From positions 54,208 through 74,207 of the forward strand of contig DAOORA010000017.1 of assembly GCA_035389045.1 (NCBI GenBank): a stretch of 20,000 nt of DNA. Reading direction: 5' to 3'. The position numbers were made by a program, and so were the translations under genes. Below, in pieces: positions 16,663 through 20,000 of the stretch (its first letter is position 1; every line of letters begins with the position of its first letter). This DNA comes from Bacteroidales bacterium (GTDB taxonomy: Bacteria > Bacteroidota > Bacteroidia > Bacteroidales > CAIWKO01). The notes beneath the pieces are model-generated. The model saw only the letters and a list, made by a program, of their open reading frames with translations, did no database searches and was not told where the DNA came from.

Positions 16663-17037
16663 TTATTTAAATTTTTCTATATCGCGCCGTTCTTTTTTGG
16701 TTGGCCTTCCCAGTCCTTTAGGCCGGTAAATAAACGAAACAGCTTTTATGGTTTCAATTTTTTCATATTCAGATTGAGGGGTGAGGTCTTCCATGAACTG
16801 TGTTACCAATTTGGCAGAAACGCGTTTTTCAAGTAAAGCCATAACTTTTATGGTTTTTGTTATCTGTTGTTGCTGTATGGTTATCAAATCATTACATTTT
16901 ACTTCGCGTGAGGCTTTGACCACCTGGCCGGCTATTTTGACTTTACCGTTACGGCAGGCATCGGTGGCTAAACTTCTGGTTTTGTAAATACGGACGGACC
17001 ACAGCCATTTATCGATTCGAATTTTGGTTTCTTCCAT
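16663..17037 (-). CDS. hslR: Ribosome-associated heat shock protein Hsp15 (S4 domain)
   Basis: RIDKWLWSVRIYKTRSLATDACRNGKV and C-terminal GRPTKKERR. Confidence 0.92.
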   Translation of the reverse strand: MEETKIRIDKWLWSVRIYKTRSLATDACRNGKVKIAGQVVKASREVKCNDLITIQQQQITKTIKVMALLEKRVSAKLVTQFMEDLTPQSEYEKIETIKAVSFIYRPKGLGRPTKKERRDIEKFK

Positions 17038-17038
17038 A

Positions 17039-18343
17039 TTATTTTTCCCTGAAAAAAATTTCTATAGGAACTCCGTTTAAATTGAAATGATTCCTTAGTT
17101 TGTTTTCAAGAAAGCGTTTATAGGGGTCTTTGACATATTGACTGTGGCTGCAAAAAAATGCAAATGCCGGATAATGCAAGGGCAGTTGTTGAACATATTT
17201 GATCTTCGGGAATTTTCCCTTGACGGATGGCGGCGGGCTCATAGTCACTATTGGCAGCAGCAGCTCATTAAGTTTTGAAGTGGTGATTTTTTGAGTCCGG
17301 TTTTTGTAAACCTGTACAGCCGTTTCGAGGGTTTTATGAATGCGTTGTTTGGTCAGTGCCGAGGCAAATACGATGGGGACATCACAGAAGGGTGCGGTTT
17401 TTTCTTTTATTTCCGACTCAAATTGTATATGTGTTTGAGTTTCTTTTTTGATCAGGTCCCATTTGTTGACTACGATCACAATACCCTTGTGGTTTTTTTC
17501 AATGATACTGAATATGTGCATATCCTGGGCGCCTATGCCTTTTTCAGCATCAATCATCAGAAGGCAGACATCACTGTTTTCAATGGCACGGATAGCCCGA
17601 AGGGTAGAATAAAACTCAATATCTTCGGTGACTTTTGTTTTTTTTCGAAGGCCGGCTGTGTCAACCAATAACATATCAAAACCATAACTATTGAAATGGG
17701 TATAAATACTGTCACGTGTAGTTCCGGCAAGCGGGGTGACAATGCTACGGTCGTTACCGAGTAAAACGTTTATAAGAGAAGATTTTCCTGCGTTGGGTCT
17801 GCCTACAACAGCAATTCTGGGAAGGTCGGGCTCGTTTTCTTGTTGTTCAGGGTTGAAGCATTTTACAAGTTCGTCTAAAAATTCGCCGGAGCCGGCTCCG
17901 TTTGCTGAAGAAACCGTAAAAACCTTTTCAAAACCCAGCTTATAAAATTCTGCAGCTTCGGCGATACGATCATTGGTGTCGACTTTATTGACCAGGAGAA
18001 AAACGGGCTTTTTTATTTTTCTTAGCATCATGGCAATATCTTCGTCGAGCAATGTCAGTCCCTCTTTCACATCAAGCATAAATGCGATTGCATCGGACTC
18101 CTCAATTGCAATAGCAACCTGTTTGTTTATTTCATCTTCATAAATATCCTCTGAACCGACAACAAGTCCGCCTGTGTCAATTACAGAAAAAGAAATACCG
18201 TTCCAGTCGGATTTACCGTAATGCCTGTCGCGCGTAACTCCACTTGTTGGATCAACAATAGCATTACGTTCTCCGGTTAACCGGTTAAAAAAAGTGGATT
18301 TTCCAACGTTGGGCCTTCCGACTATGGCTAATATATTTGACAT
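17039..18343 (-). CDS. der: Ribosome biogenesis GTPase Der (EngA)
   Basis: Tandem G domains (GRPNVGKS/DTGG/NKVD and GRPNAGKS/DTAG/NKWD) plus a C-terminal KH-like domain. Confidence 0.98.
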   Translation of the reverse strand: MSNILAIVGRPNVGKSTFFNRLTGERNAIVDPTSGVTRDRHYGKSDWNGISFSVIDTGGLVVGSEDIYEDEINKQVAIAIEESDAIAFMLDVKEGLTLLDEDIAMMLRKIKKPVFLLVNKVDTNDRIAEAAEFYKLGFEKVFTVSSANGAGSGEFLDELVKCFNPEQQENEPDLPRIAVVGRPNAGKSSLINVLLGNDRSIVTPLAGTTRDSIYTHFNSYGFDMLLVDTAGLRKKTKVTEDIEFYSTLRAIRAIENSDVCLLMIDAEKGIGAQDMHIFSIIEKNHKGIVIVVNKWDLIKKETQTHIQFESEIKEKTAPFCDVPIVFASALTKQRIHKTLETAVQVYKNRTQKITTSKLNELLLPIVTMSPPPSVKGKFPKIKYVQQLPLHYPAFAFFCSHSQYVKDPYKRFLENKLRNHFNLNGVPIEIFFREK

Positions 18344-18380
18344 TTTTAAATTTATATATCAATAAGCAGTTAAATAACCG

Positions 18381-19259
18381 TTAAAACTCATATCCGAATC
18401 TTTGTAACATAGTTTCATTGTCGCGCCAGTTATCATTTACTTTTACGGTCAGGCTTATAAAAACATGTTTCCCGACAAAATTTTCAATGTCTTTTCTTGC
18501 TTCGGTTCCAAGCCTTTTTATTCCTGCACCTTTATGCCCCAGTATTATTGCTTTTTGGGTTTCCCTTGCGACAAAAAGTGTTGCGGCTATACGAATAATA
18601 TCCTGTTCTTCATTATAGGTTTCAATATAAATTTCAACGGAATAGGGCACCTCTTTTGAATAAAACAAAAGTACTTTTTCTCGTATGATTTCCGAAACAA
18701 AAAAACGCATGGGTTTGTCTGTCAGTTCGTCTTTGGAATAATATGGCGGTGATTCGGGCAGCAGGGAAAGAACCTGTTCAAAAACCTTTTTTATATTGAT
18801 TTTTTTTAAGGCTGAAATCTGGAAAACCATAACATTATTGAAAAGTGGTGCCCATAAACGTTCACAGTCCAGGACAATTTGGGATTCTGCTGTATCAATT
18901 TTATTTATCAATAAAAGCACTGGCACGTTTGTTTTGTTTATTTGTGGTATTATATCAAAGCCTTCAGGAACTTTCTCCCCGGCTTCAACCACATATAACA
19001 ACACATCGGCATCACACAGGGCTGTGGCAACCTGTTTCATCATTGCCTCATGGAGTTTGTAATGCGGTTTTAATATGCCGGGTGTGTCTGAGTATACGAT
19101 CTGAAAATCTTCCCCGCTGATTATTCCCATTATCCGGTGTCTTGTGGTTTGTGCCTTACGCGTGATTATAGATAGATTTTCACCCACCAGGGCGTTCATC
19201 AGGGTTGATTTTCCCACATTCGGACTTCCGATAATATTTACAAAACCAGCTTTGTGCAT
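18381..19259 (-). CDS. era: GTPase Era
   Basis: HKAGFVNIIGSPNVGKSTL, KAQTTR, DTPG, NKID, EIIREK..EVPYS and KH region ILGHKG. Confidence 0.98.
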   Translation of the reverse strand: MHKAGFVNIIGSPNVGKSTLMNALVGENLSIITRKAQTTRHRIMGIISGEDFQIVYSDTPGILKPHYKLHEAMMKQVATALCDADVLLYVVEAGEKVPEGFDIIPQINKTNVPVLLLINKIDTAESQIVLDCERLWAPLFNNVMVFQISALKKINIKKVFEQVLSLLPESPPYYSKDELTDKPMRFFVSEIIREKVLLFYSKEVPYSVEIYIETYNEEQDIIRIAATLFVARETQKAIILGHKGAGIKRLGTEARKDIENFVGKHVFISLTVKVNDNWRDNETMLQRFGYEF

Positions 19260-19272
19260 ATTAAAATATCAG

Positions 19273-19280
19273 CAAAGGTA
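19273..19280 (-). promoter_or_regulatory. Putative -7 promoter box for the era-der operon
   Basis: Minus-strand TACCTTTG(C), 13 bp upstream of the era ATG. Confidence 0.65.
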
Positions 19281-19435
19281 ATCATAAAAAATGAAGATAT
19301 CATAAAAAAGAATTACATATAATGAAATGTTAAAAACAGTAAAATTCACACATGATTTGTCGTTGTTTTTGTGAATTTTTTTGAAAAATATATTCTTTTC
19401 AACTTTTTTTACATACGTATTAATAATTTTTTGTA

Positions 19436-19471
19436 TACATTTGAAAAAAATTTTTGCCTACATTTGAAAAA
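19436..19471 (+). promoter_or_regulatory. Tandem -7 promoter boxes (13-bp direct repeat)
   Basis: TACATTTGAAAAA at 19436-19448 and 19459-19471, upstream of the ATG at 19511. Confidence 0.5.
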
Positions 19472-19510
19472 CTTTATAAATACGAGATTTTTAACCAAAA
19501 ATTAAACAAT

Positions 19511-20000
19511 ATGAAAAAATGTATCTTACTTCTTTTGCTGACCGTCTTTTGGTTAACAGCAAGTTCACAGACAGCAACCATACAAACCGTATCGGGGGTT
19601 TGTCCTGGCAGCACCACCACTGTTGATGTTACGTTGGGTGGTTTTTCTGTACCTGTTTCCGGTTTTCAATTTACTCTCAGGTTTGATACAAATTATCTCA
19701 AATATACCGGCACCACCAACTGGGCAACAGGGATTTCTGGCGTTGGAATCTTACATAATTACTACGGCAGCATTGATGCCCTTACCTTTGTGTGGGGGGA
19801 TAATCCCGTAAGTGTCAGTGGATTATTATGCCGTTTGAATTTTACATTTAAAGCAGCGGCAAGCGGCTGTAAAACGGTAATATGGTCGGATAACCCCACC
19901 CCACGGTTATTTGCAGATGACAACTATAACGAAATCACGGTTTCATATACCGACGGAATGGTTTGTGCTCCGTCAGAAACGATCACGGGTACAACACCGA
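19511..20000 (+). CDS. Secreted protein with N-terminal cohesin-like beta-sandwich domain, partial (runs off window end)
   Basis: Manual translation is open for 163 codons: MKKCILLLLLTVFWLTASSQTATIQTVSGVCPGSTTTVDVTLGGFSVPVSGFQFTLRFDTNYLKYTG...GLLCRLNFTF...YTDGMVC. Signal peptide plus a cohesin-like strand pattern. Confidence 0.8.
   Translation, partial: MKKCILLLLLTVFWLTASSQTATIQTVSGVCPGSTTTVDVTLGGFSVPVSGFQFTLRFDTNYLKYTGTTNWATGISGVGILHNYYGSIDALTFVWGDNPVSVSGLLCRLNFTFKAAASGCKTVIWSDNPTPRLFADDNYNEITVSYTDGMVCAPSETITGTTP

Noticed and set aside
19623..19811. 62-aa + strand ORF in the track
   Set aside because: Out-of-frame shadow of the longer signal-peptide ORF starting at 19511.

Overview
Mostly housekeeping 20 kb from a Bacteroidota (probably Bacteroidales-like) genome. 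The assignment rests on TAnnTTTG -7 promoter boxes, a T9SS plug (DUF5103) gene and era-der adjacency. Left to right: (-) ECF sigma factor coupled to a membrane-anchored zinc-finger anti-sigma ORF (partial, absent from the ORF track); (+) exonuclease III, OmpA/MotB-like coiled-coil lipoprotein, YcxB-like protein, nitroreductase, a markedly divergent phosphoglycerate kinase, ROK kinase, GH20 hexosaminidase; (-) small beta-barrel and stand-alone DUF2156 genes flanked by palindromic repeats; a 159-bp MITE-like rod-shaped element; (+) T9SS plug; a 44-bp perfect palindrome; (-) a run read as era, der, hslR, NTF2-like, EEP nuclease, polyprenyl synthase, MORN-repeat protein; (+) start of a secreted cohesin-like protein (absent from the track). 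I saw no rRNA, tRNA, CRISPR array, transposase or clear defence system. I cannot support a claim of a complete new system. The best leads are the PGK-like kinase with altered substrate and nucleotide motifs, the MITE-like element abutting a promoter box, the repeat-bounded DUF2156/beta-barrel islet and the 92-aa super-repeat in the MORN protein. Family calls come from motif recognition by eye, not from database searches.
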